A DNA stretch of 64,000 bases from an uncultured delta proteobacterium (GTDB taxonomy: Bacteria; Myxococcota_A; Polyangia; Polyangiales; Polyangiaceae): positions 6,048,001 through 6,112,000 of the forward strand of contig CAWAIF010000003.1 in the NCBI GenBank assembly GCA_963782055.1, written 5' to 3'. The position numbers were made by a program, and so were the translations under genes. Below the pieces are notes generated by a model that worked only from the letters and a program-made list of their open reading frames with translations, was not told the origin of the DNA and searched no databases. This document shows positions 17,614 to 26,156 of this stretch, piece after piece (the first letter of the stretch is position 1; each line of letters starts with the position of its first letter).

Positions 17614-18867
17614 ATGCCCGAACTTACGCGTGAGCAGCTCGAGACCAAGGCGGCGGCAGGCGAGAAGCTGGACCGCTCCGACCAGCGCGGTGCGCAGCTC
17701 CAGGGCGTCAAGCTCGCCGGCGCGAGCATGCGCCGGTCGGACTTCGAGGGCGCCAACCTGGAGGGCGCCAACCTCTCCAAGGTGAACCTGAAGAACGCCA
17801 GCCTGCGCGAGGCGTACCTCGCCGGCGCGGACCTGCGGGAGGCCAACCTGGAGAGCGCCGACTTCGAGGGCGCCAACCTGCAGAAGGCGAACCTCTCCGG
17901 GTGCAACCTGGGTCGCGCCAACCTGGAGGGCGCCGACCTCACCGGCGCCAACCTGCGCGGGGCGAAGCTCGCCCACGCCCAGCTCGACTCCGCCAACCTG
18001 GGCGGGGCCGACATCTCCGGCGCCGACCTCTCCCGCTGCGACCTGGTCGAGTGCTACCTGGGCGGCGTCAAGGCGCTCAAGGCGGACCTCTCCGGCGCCA
18101 ACCTGGAGGAGGCCAACCTGGAGGAGGGCGACTTCGCCGAGGCGAACTTCGACGACGCGCAGCTCCCCGGCGTGGGCGCCACCGCGACGAAGTTCGGCCG
18201 GGCGAGCTTCGTCAAGGCGGACTTCACCGGCGCCAACCTGGTGCGCGCCGACTTCTCCGGCGCCGACCTGCGCAAGGCGAACCTGGAGAAGGCCAGGCTG
18301 GAGGACACCATCCTCAGCGGCGCGCGCATCGCCGGCCTGGTCACGAAGGGCGCCACCATCGGCAAGGTGACGATCGACTGGGCGAACATCAGCCCGGAGG
18401 ACACCGGCAGCAAGCGCGCCCAGGGTGACGCCGCGCTCGCCGCGCTCACCGGCAAGGAGCCGGAAGGCGGGGTTCGCTCCAAGCACGTACGCTACTTCGG
18501 CGCGGGCGACGTGCTGCGCTTCGCCGCGCTGGAGTTCGACGCGGGTGCCAGCGTGGAGATCGAGAGCCGCTTCGAGCAGTGCTCCATCGCCCTGGGCGAC
18601 GGCACCGAGCTCGTCGTCGGGAGCGAGGGCGTGCTCGCGGGGTGCAACATCAAGGGGGCGGGCAACATCACCATCCACGGCCAGTTCTTCGAGGGCGGCG
18701 ACGCCCCCGGCATCGTCGGCCCCAGGCGCCTCATCGTGACCACCGGAGGCGTGATGGTGGGCTCGGTCGTGCAGCAAGGGGAGCAAGGCACCGAGTTCGG
18801 TTTCGAGCCGGGCAGCAGGCTCCGCATGAAGATCACACGTAACGCCGGTAAGAATGGGAGGCCGTAA
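17614..18867 (+). CDS. pentapeptide-repeat protein with C-terminal bactofilin-like domain
   Basis: Roughly 45 A(N/D)LxG-type pentapeptides, then LVVGSEGVLAGCNIKGAGNITIHG..LIVTTGGVMVGSV..FGFEPGSRLRMKI, matching the bactofilin beta-helix pattern. Confidence 0.85.
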   Translation: MPELTREQLETKAAAGEKLDRSDQRGAQLQGVKLAGASMRRSDFEGANLEGANLSKVNLKNASLREAYLAGADLREANLESADFEGANLQKANLSGCNLGRANLEGADLTGANLRGAKLAHAQLDSANLGGADISGADLSRCDLVECYLGGVKALKADLSGANLEEANLEEGDFAEANFDDAQLPGVGATATKFGRASFVKADFTGANLVRADFSGADLRKANLEKARLEDTILSGARIAGLVTKGATIGKVTIDWANISPEDTGSKRAQGDAALAALTGKEPEGGVRSKHVRYFGAGDVLRFAALEFDAGASVEIESRFEQCSIALGDGTELVVGSEGVLAGCNIKGAGNITIHGQFFEGGDAPGIVGPRRLIVTTGGVMVGSVVQQGEQGTEFGFEPGSRLRMKITRNAGKNGRP

Positions 18868-19299
18868 ATGAGCGACGCGTCGGAGAAGAAGACTCTGGTG
18901 GAAGAAGGCACCGAGTTCAAAGGCTCGCTGACCTCGAAGTGCCCCGTCGAAGTGCGCGGCAAGGTCGAGGGCGACCTCGCGGCGCCTTCGCTCCACGTCA
19001 GCGACTCGGGCGCCGTGCACGGCAAGGTCCGCGTCGAGCGGCTCGAATCGAGCGGCGAGATCTCTGGTGAGTTCGACGCCGACGCCATCCACCTCTCGGG
19101 CGTGGTGAAGGACAACACCGTGATCCGCGCCAAGACGCTGGAGGTCCGCCTCGCCCCGCCGAGCGGCAACAAGATGCAGGTCATCTTCGGAGAGGTCGCG
19201 ATCGACGTGGGCGACGCCCCCGCGAAGGAGGCCTCCTCCGGCAAGAAGAAGGGACGCGAGAAGGAAGAGGACAACAAGAGCGTTCCGCCTCCCGGCTGA
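18868..19299 (+). CDS. bactofilin (polymer-forming cytoskeletal protein)
   Basis: TLVEEGTEFKGSL..VEVRGKVEGDL..LHVSDSGAVHGKV..GEISGEFDA; the ATG directly follows the upstream TAA. Confidence 0.88.
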   Translation: MSDASEKKTLVEEGTEFKGSLTSKCPVEVRGKVEGDLAAPSLHVSDSGAVHGKVRVERLESSGEISGEFDADAIHLSGVVKDNTVIRAKTLEVRLAPPSGNKMQVIFGEVAIDVGDAPAKEASSGKKKGREKEEDNKSVPPPG

Positions 19300-19469
19300 G
19301 CCTCCCCCAGGCTACGGGCCCGCGGGCTCCAGGCTCCGGCCCTGCGCGAGCTCGGAGCCCGGCGCTGGATCGCGGCCTGTCCATCCCCGCTGCCCACCTT
19401 CCCCTTCGCGCCACCCTGCCGCTCTCACCAACCCGCAGGAATTCGGCATGTACATTGTAACGCCTTGAC

Positions 19470-19485
19470 TGGCGCCCCATTTGCA
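19470..19485 (+). promoter_or_regulatory. sigma54-type -24/-12 promoter
   Basis: TGGCGCCCCATTTGCA with GG-N10-GC and TTGCA, about 45 nt upstream of the ATG at 19531. Confidence 0.65.
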
Positions 19486-19530
19486 GCGAGGACCCTCGCT
19501 CCAGGGTTCGCTGCCAGCGGGACGAGGGTC

Positions 19531-20298
19531 ATGACGCATCACTTTGCTCGGTTTGCTTTCTTTGCGTCCTTCGCGGCCATCGGCGGCTGCGCCACCGGCA
19601 TCCTGCCCATCGGCGACGGAGACGGCGGGGTGGTGGTGCGCGACGGCGGCTCGCACGGCGGCGACGGGGGCACCAACGGCACCGACGGCGGGAGCAACGG
19701 CTGCGGCAGCTGCCCCGCCGGGGCCACCTGCGTGAACGGCGCCTGCGAGTGTCAGGGCGGCAAGATGATGTGCGGCAACACCTGCGTCGACACGCAGAGC
19801 GACGCCAACAACTGCGGCCAGTGCGACAACGTCTGCGGTGCAGACGCCGGGGGGGGCGGCGGCACCTGGGGCTGCAACGCGGGGCAGTGCCAGCTCGGGT
19901 GCACGGGCAACGAGACCGCCTGCAACGGGACCTGCGTCGACACCTCCACCGACACGAACAACTGCGGCACCTGCGGCAACTCGTGCGGGTCGGGGGAGTG
20001 CTGCAACGGGACGTGCGCCGACACGACGAGCGACCAGAACAACTGCGGCACCTGCGGCAACTCGTGCAACGGGCAGAGCTGCGTGAACAGCCAGTGCTGC
20101 GCCAGCCCGCCGACGGGCAACTGCTCGCACGCGCTCTGCACGCAGGGCAGCTACCTCAACGACCTGTGCGACCCCGCCGGCTGCGTCGACACCGTCTGCT
20201 TCTACGACGACTACTGCTGCTACTACGGCTGGGACAGCGCCTGCGTGGACGAGGTCACGCAGTACTGCCAACCGTACAGCTGCAACGGCGGCTGCTGA
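19531..20298 (+). CDS. Cys-rich lipoprotein with CVDxxxDxxNCGxC repeats
   Basis: Lipobox AIGGC, three repeats, and a C-terminal CSHALC..DDYCCYYGWDSACVDEV module. Confidence 0.8.
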   Translation: MTHHFARFAFFASFAAIGGCATGILPIGDGDGGVVVRDGGSHGGDGGTNGTDGGSNGCGSCPAGATCVNGACECQGGKMMCGNTCVDTQSDANNCGQCDNVCGADAGGGGGTWGCNAGQCQLGCTGNETACNGTCVDTSTDTNNCGTCGNSCGSGECCNGTCADTTSDQNNCGTCGNSCNGQSCVNSQCCASPPTGNCSHALCTQGSYLNDLCDPAGCVDTVCFYDDYCCYYGWDSACVDEVTQYCQPYSCNGGC

Positions 20299-20317
20299 GG
20301 CGGCCGGCGGCGGCTCC

Positions 20318-21691
20318 TCACCCGCCGCAGGTGCTGGCGCACTCCGACGTGCACGCGACCTGGCAGAAGCAGCTCGCTCGCGCGTTGTAGTCGCTGATGC
20401 CGTTCGCGTAGCTGTTCGCGCAGTTCTGGCTGCAGGTGCTGTCGCCGTTGCACCCACCGAGACAGCTCGTGAGGTCGGCGCAGTCGGGGTTGTTGTCGCA
20501 GGTCTGCGCCTCCGACGCGCACGCGCCGCTCACCGCGTCGGTGATGCACTGGTCGCAGGTCTGCGTGGTGCCCGACTGGCAGCTCCCGGCCACGCACGAC
20601 TCGCCCCCGCCGCAGGCGTTGCCGCACTTGCCGCAGTTGTTCTGGTCGCTCGAGGTGTCGACGCACGCGCCACCACACATGGCGCCGCCGGTGGTGCACC
20701 CCTGGAAGGAGGTGGACTCGGTGGAGAAGGTGGTGACCTGGACCCAGCCCTCCTTCTGCTCGTGCGCCGTGCTCATCGAACCCTTGGTGGCGATGCCCTT
20801 CTTGGTGTCGACGCGCTGGCGTGAGACCGACACGCCGAGCGTGGAGGACGGGCCGAGCACCTCGTTCACCAGGTCGCGCGCGACGTCGTACTCGCCGGCG
20901 GAGTCCTTCGCCTTGCATGTGGCGGTGCCGCCCGCGCCGGAGAGGGTGATGACGATGGAGTCGTCCCCCGCGGTCCACTGCACCGGCAGCGCGTCGCTGC
21001 CGAAGACCTTCGCCTTGGTGAGCTGACCGAGCTGGGTCTGCAGGAGCGTCGTCGCCGTCACGCTCTGCGACCACGCGGAGAAGCCGGTGGCTGCGGCCCC
21101 GGACGCCTGGACGGTGATGGACGCGCCGGGCACGAAGGGGGCGCCCGTCGTCGGGCCGGAGTACTTGTACGGCGGGTAGAGCGTGATGGGGACCGACGTG
21201 CCGGCGAAGGCCACCGGCCCGGAGTCGAAGGTCTCGACCGCCCGGCACTCCGGGTCCGCGCCCGGGCTCGGGAAGTAGCACTCCTCGCCGTCGCCGCAGG
21301 ACTTGCTGCACGTCTTGGTGCACGTGGGCTGGCAGGAGTCGTTGTACGAGCACACCTCGCCCACGCCGCAGGCCGTGGCGCACTTGGGGGCGGTGACGAT
21401 CTCGCAGCCGTCCATCGCGGTGGAGCACTTCTTCGCGGCGGTGGAGTCCGGGATGAAGCCGACCGAGACGACGGGGGCGACCGTGCCGGTGGTGCTGGTG
21501 CTGTGCGCCTCGCCGAGCAGGACCGTTCCCAGGGCGTGCGGGGGACCCGCCGTCGGGTCGTCGCTGGAGCCGAAGTTGTTGGCCGTGGCGCACGCGACGA
21601 GGGCGATGGCGCCGAAGAGGGACAGGCCGAGGTTCCGCGCGTAGCGCGGGCCGGCCCCAAGGACGCGGGGAGTGGTCAGTGAGGGGCGCAT
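20318..21691 (-). CDS. Cys-rich lipoprotein
   Basis: Lipobox ALVAC, Cys-rich ends including CVDTSSDQNNCGKCGNAC, central beta-rich region; GGAGG upstream. Confidence 0.8.
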   Translation of the reverse strand: MRPSLTTPRVLGAGPRYARNLGLSLFGAIALVACATANNFGSSDDPTAGPPHALGTVLLGEAHSTSTTGTVAPVVSVGFIPDSTAAKKCSTAMDGCEIVTAPKCATACGVGEVCSYNDSCQPTCTKTCSKSCGDGEECYFPSPGADPECRAVETFDSGPVAFAGTSVPITLYPPYKYSGPTTGAPFVPGASITVQASGAAATGFSAWSQSVTATTLLQTQLGQLTKAKVFGSDALPVQWTAGDDSIVITLSGAGGTATCKAKDSAGEYDVARDLVNEVLGPSSTLGVSVSRQRVDTKKGIATKGSMSTAHEQKEGWVQVTTFSTESTSFQGCTTGGAMCGGACVDTSSDQNNCGKCGNACGGGESCVAGSCQSGTTQTCDQCITDAVSGACASEAQTCDNNPDCADLTSCLGGCNGDSTCSQNCANSYANGISDYNARASCFCQVACTSECASTCGG

Positions 21692-21840
21692 GAGTTCGAA
21701 TCCTCCGGGTCCCAGGTACGTGCAGGTGGGTGGATTCTTCCCTCGGCATTGCACTTTTCCCGGCCCCCTTGGCTTGCCCCGCAAATCGGCTAGGGTTGCG
21801 GCGCTTGGCGGGGACCCCGGCCCCGCCCCCGGAGGCTTTC

Positions 21841-23859
21841 ATGCGCTCGACCTCGAACAGGCTGCTCGCCCTCGGCGCGGCGCTCGCCCTCGTGTCCATC
21901 TTCTTCGCCATGTCGGGCTGCGGGGTGCGTTCGCCCCTGGACGACGGCATCCTCTCCGGGGACGGCGGCGTGAACGGCGACGGCGGCCCGTGCGGCCCAG
22001 GCACGCAGGTCTGCAACGGCACCTGCACCGTCACCGACTTCGACCCGAACAACTGCGGCGGCTGCGGGACGGCCTGCGCCCAGGGGCAGTCGTGCGTGGG
22101 GGGCACGTGCACCACCAGCGAGTGCAACGGTGGCTCGACCAAGTGCGGCGACCTCTGCGTGGACACGCAGAACGATCCGGCCAACTGCGGCGGCTGCGCC
22201 CAGAGCTGCCCCGTCGGGCAGGTGTGCTCCGCCGGCAAGTGCGACCTCGCCTGCAACGGCGGCACGACCAAGTGCGGGAACCTGTGCGTCGACGTGCAGA
22301 GCGATCCGAAGAACTGCGGCTTCTGCGGCAACACCTGCCCGGACAACCTGGTGTGCACGCAGGGCGGCTGCAACACGACCTGCCTGGGCGGCACCACGCA
22401 GTGCGGCCAGGCGTGCGTGGACCTGAAGGTGGATCCCTCCAACTGCGGCAAGTGCGGCAACGCGTGCCCCGGCGGGCAGGTATGCTCGGCGGGGCAGTGC
22501 GCGGTCACGTGCGCGCAGGGCCTGACCAAGTGCGGGAACTTCTGCGTCGACACGCAGAACGACCAGAAGAACTGCGGGCAGTGCGGCTTCGTCTGCTCGG
22601 GGACGGACAAGTGCATCACCGGCAAGTGCACCAAGTGCGACAGCGCCACGACCGACTGCGACGGCGACGGGTGGACCGTGGCGGAGGGTGACTGCTGCGA
22701 TCAGCCGGGGCCGTGCGGGTCGGAGCCGGAGCTGGTGAACCCCGGCGCGGTGGAGGTCGTGGGCAACGGCATCGACGACAACTGCAACGGCCTCGTCGAC
22801 CTCTTCGACGACACCGACACGCAGCCGTGCGACAAGGGGCTGGCGGCCAACACCACCAACGCGGTCGACTTCGCCAAGGCGATCGGCATCTGCCGGCAGA
22901 CCACGGCGAACCCGCCGCAGAAGAAGGACAAGACCTGGGGCCTGCTCTCCGCCAAGCTCGTGCGGGCGGACGGCACCGCGCTCACCGACCAGAGCGGCCA
23001 CTCCATCCGCACCAAGTTCGGGCAGAACATCCTGCCGCTGAACGGACAGTCGCTCGCCGTGCTCTCCAGCGGGCTCGCCTCCGACGCGACGCAGACGACG
23101 CCCGGGCCCAACGGGGGGGCGCCGGGCGGCAACAACGTCAGCTACGCCTTCAACCCGAACAGCAACGTCAACATCTCGACCTGCAACGACTCGCTGTGCA
23201 TCAAGGACTGGCTGAAGACGGCGAACCCGCCGCTGAAGGCGGCCAACCAGCTGCCGCAGGCGCCCAACTGCGGCAACATCACGCAGCCGTCCAATGCCCA
23301 CGACTCGGTCATGCTGGTGCTCACCCTGCGCGCCCCCACCAACGCGCGCGCCTTCTCCTTCAACTCCTACTTCTTCTCGGCGGAGTTCCCGGAGTACGTG
23401 TGCACCGCCTACAACGACCAGTTCATCGCGCTGGTGGACACGCCGAACGGCACGCCCTCGCCCATCGCCAACCCGGTGGACAAGAACCTGATGACCTTCA
23501 CCCAGAACAACAAGAAGTGGCCGGTGGCGATCAACATCGCGAGCGGCACCAGCGTGTTCTCGGTGTGCGACGCCGCGTCGAAGAGCCAGCAGTGCCAGGG
23601 CACGCAGGTGAGCAACATCTCCTGCGGGCTGGGGGCGACGCAGCTCGACGGCACCGGCTTCGAGAAGCCGAACGCAGGCAACTGCCTGGTCGGCGGCGGC
23701 ACCTACTGGCTGACCACCGCGGGCAACGTCATTCCGGGGGACACGGTCCAGCTCCGCATCGCGATCTGGGACGTGAGCGACAACATCTACGACTCGCTCG
23801 CCCTCATCGACGGCTTCCAGTGGCTCGCCAACGCGACGCTGCCGGGCACGTCGAACTAG
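21841..23859 (+). CDS. Cys-rich surface lipoprotein: repeats + MopE-like metal-binding motif + choice-of-anchor-L-like domain
   Basis: GGAGG RBS, lipobox MSGC, five CxxxC(V/T)xxxxDxxNCG repeats, DCDGDG..NPGAVEVVGNGIDDNCNG, SAEFPEYVC..YNDQF, IWDVSD..DS. Confidence 0.85.
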   Translation: MRSTSNRLLALGAALALVSIFFAMSGCGVRSPLDDGILSGDGGVNGDGGPCGPGTQVCNGTCTVTDFDPNNCGGCGTACAQGQSCVGGTCTTSECNGGSTKCGDLCVDTQNDPANCGGCAQSCPVGQVCSAGKCDLACNGGTTKCGNLCVDVQSDPKNCGFCGNTCPDNLVCTQGGCNTTCLGGTTQCGQACVDLKVDPSNCGKCGNACPGGQVCSAGQCAVTCAQGLTKCGNFCVDTQNDQKNCGQCGFVCSGTDKCITGKCTKCDSATTDCDGDGWTVAEGDCCDQPGPCGSEPELVNPGAVEVVGNGIDDNCNGLVDLFDDTDTQPCDKGLAANTTNAVDFAKAIGICRQTTANPPQKKDKTWGLLSAKLVRADGTALTDQSGHSIRTKFGQNILPLNGQSLAVLSSGLASDATQTTPGPNGGAPGGNNVSYAFNPNSNVNISTCNDSLCIKDWLKTANPPLKAANQLPQAPNCGNITQPSNAHDSVMLVLTLRAPTNARAFSFNSYFFSAEFPEYVCTAYNDQFIALVDTPNGTPSPIANPVDKNLMTFTQNNKKWPVAINIASGTSVFSVCDAASKSQQCQGTQVSNISCGLGATQLDGTGFEKPNAGNCLVGGGTYWLTTAGNVIPGDTVQLRIAIWDVSDNIYDSLALIDGFQWLANATLPGTSN

Positions 23860-23930
23860 GCCTCACCCCCCCGGCCCCCCTCTCCGCCTCACCCCCCCGG
23901 CCCCCCTCTCCCTACGAGGGAGAGGGGGGA
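23860..23930. repeat. 26-bp tandem duplication ending in a REP-like hairpin
   Basis: GCCTCACCCCCCCGGCCCCCCTCTCC x2 (23860-23885, 23886-23911); the second copy pairs with the following GGGAGAGGGGGG. Confidence 0.8.
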
Positions 23931-23948
23931 GAAGAAGAAGTTGCTGAA

Positions 23949-24524
23949 GTGGATCGCAGGACGTTCCTGAAGCGCGGGGTGGTCGGGGGGGTGCTCCTGA
24001 TGCTCGGGGGCGGGGTGGGGCTGTACGCGGTGCCCACCAAGCACCTCGCCGCGCTGCCGAAGACGCCGCTCGCGGTGCTCGAGCCACGGAGCTTCCAGGT
24101 GCTGGTGGCGGTGGCGGGGCGGGTGGTGACCGCGCAGGGCGCCGACGCCGCGGACATCGCGGCCCGTGCCGACGCCCTCCTGGCGAACGCGCCGGAGGAG
24201 GTGCGCCACGACATCAACCGCCTGCTCATGCTCTTCGAGAACGCGCTCCCCGGCCTCCTGCTCGACGGGCGCCTGCTGCCCTTCACGCGACTCTCCCCGG
24301 AGGCGCAGGACGCCGCGTTGCTCCGCTGGCGCGACAGCTCCTTCGCGCTGCGCCGCAGCGGGTACCACGCGCTGCGCAAGGTCTGCCTCGCGGCGTACTA
24401 CGCCAAGGAGTCGAGCTGGCCGGCGCTCGGCTACGCGCCGCCGACTGGCCTCAACGCGATGGCCTACGACGACTCCAAGGTGGGCACCCCGGAGTGGCTC
24501 GCCAGCCAGGGCAAGGGCGGATGA
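23949..24524 (+). CDS. Tat-exported small subunit (gluconate 2-dehydrogenase subunit 3-like)
   Basis: Twin-arginine motif DRRTFLK; PFTRLSPEAQDAALLRW..YY..W..LGY..P. Confidence 0.75.
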   Translation: MDRRTFLKRGVVGGVLLMLGGGVGLYAVPTKHLAALPKTPLAVLEPRSFQVLVAVAGRVVTAQGADAADIAARADALLANAPEEVRHDINRLLMLFENALPGLLLDGRLLPFTRLSPEAQDAALLRWRDSSFALRRSGYHALRKVCLAAYYAKESSWPALGYAPPTGLNAMAYDDSKVGTPEWLASQGKGG

Positions 24525-26080
24525 CCAAGCTCGCGCTCATCCGCTCCAGCCCCAACGTCGTCGACGGCTCGGCGCAGAAGGCCGACCTCGCCCTCGACGC
24601 CGACGTGTGCGTCATCGGCACCGGCGCGGGGGGCGCGGTGACCGCCTCGGTGCTCGCCGCAGCCGGCCACGCCGTGCTGATGATCGAGGAGGGCGGCTAC
24701 TACACCCAGGACGACTTCACGATGCGCGAGCGCGACGTCGTCCCGAAGCTCTACCAGGAGGCGATGACCCGCACGACGGCCGACCAGGGCATCGCGGTCA
24801 TCCAGGGCCGCACGGTCGGCGGGGGCACCGTCGTCAACTGGACGACCAGCTTCCGCACCCCCGAGGACGTCGTCGCCCACTGGAAGGATCACCACCACGT
24901 CGGGGGCTTCGCCTACGCCGATCTCGTCCCGCACTACGAGGCGATCGAGGCGCGCCTGGCGGTCGCCAAGGTGCCGGTGGACGCCCTCAACGGCACCAAC
25001 CGCAAGCTCTACGAGGGCTGCAAGGCGCTCGGCTGGGACGTCGACACCCTGCGCCGCAACGTCTACGCCTGCATGCAGACGGGCTTCTGTGGCCTCGGCT
25101 GCCCGGTGAACGCCAAGCAATCGATGCTCGTCACCACCATCCCCGACGCCATCGACGCGGGCGCGCGGCTGGTGTTCCGCGCGCGGGCGGACAAGCTGGA
25201 GGCCGCCGGCGGCCAGGTGACGATGCTCCGCGGGACCCTGCTCGACGCCGACGGCAAGAAGCCCACGGGCCGGTCGTTCACCGTGAAGGCGAAGCGCTTC
25301 GTCCTCTCCGGCGGCGCCATCAACAGCCCGGCGGTGCTCCTGCGCTCCGGCCTGAACGCGGGCGGACTGGTCGGCCTGCGCACCTTCCTGCACCCGGTCA
25401 TCGGCAGCGGCGCGCTCTACGACGAGCTCATCATGCCGCAGCAGGGCGCCCCGCAGAGCGCGGCGAGCCACCACTTCGCGCGGCGCAAGGAGGAGGTCGG
25501 CTTCTTCCTGGAGTCGACGCCCTGGTACCCCTCGCTGGCGGCGGGCGCGGCGCCGGGCTTCGGGCCGAAGCACGAGGCCTTCATGAAGCAGTTCGCCCAC
25601 ACGGTGACGCACATCGCGATCGCCATCGACGGCTTCCACGACGACGTGCCCGGCGGCAAGGTCACGCTGCGCCCCTCCGGCGCGCCCCTGCTCGACTACC
25701 CCATCCCCCAGCGCGTCTGGCGCGCCTTCCGCTTCGCGCAGAAGCGCATGGCGGAGCTGCAGCTCGCGAGCGGCGCGAAGACGGTGATGACGCTCCACGA
25801 CCCGCCGCTGGAGATCAAGAACAAGGCGGACATCGACAGGGTCGTCGACGCCGGCCTCTTCGACGTGGGGCGCCTGCCGGTCTTCACCGCCCACCAGATG
25901 GGCGGCTGCCCCATGGGCGACGACCCGAAGACGAGCGTGGTGCGCAGCGAGGACCTGCAGCACCACACGCTGAAGAACCTGCACGTGATCGACGGCTCGG
26001 TGTTCCCGACGAGCCTCGGGGTGAACCCGCAGGAGTCGATCTACGGTCTGGCGCGGCTCATGGCGACCCGAATGAAGTAG
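24521..26080 (+). CDS. GMC family oxidoreductase
   Basis: DVCVIGTGAGG, GRTVGGGTVVN, CGLGCPVNAKQS, GGAINSP, AHQMGGC, DGSVFPTSLGVNP. Confidence 0.95.
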   Translation: MTKLALIRSSPNVVDGSAQKADLALDADVCVIGTGAGGAVTASVLAAAGHAVLMIEEGGYYTQDDFTMRERDVVPKLYQEAMTRTTADQGIAVIQGRTVGGGTVVNWTTSFRTPEDVVAHWKDHHHVGGFAYADLVPHYEAIEARLAVAKVPVDALNGTNRKLYEGCKALGWDVDTLRRNVYACMQTGFCGLGCPVNAKQSMLVTTIPDAIDAGARLVFRARADKLEAAGGQVTMLRGTLLDADGKKPTGRSFTVKAKRFVLSGGAINSPAVLLRSGLNAGGLVGLRTFLHPVIGSGALYDELIMPQQGAPQSAASHHFARRKEEVGFFLESTPWYPSLAAGAAPGFGPKHEAFMKQFAHTVTHIAIAIDGFHDDVPGGKVTLRPSGAPLLDYPIPQRVWRAFRFAQKRMAELQLASGAKTVMTLHDPPLEIKNKADIDRVVDAGLFDVGRLPVFTAHQMGGCPMGDDPKTSVVRSEDLQHHTLKNLHVIDGSVFPTSLGVNPQESIYGLARLMATRMK

Positions 26081-26156
26081 GGCTGCCCCTCCTCGCGGCG
26101 GTGGTGGGCTGGTGATGCCGTGGGGGCGGGCCCGAGCGTCCGTGGTACGCTGAACC

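Noticed and set aside
17614..18400. 15-bp periodic DNA repeats as a non-coding repeat, or a Qnr resistance gene
   Set aside because: The periodicity is explained by pentapeptide coding. The protein is much longer than Qnr and is fused to a bactofilin-like domain.
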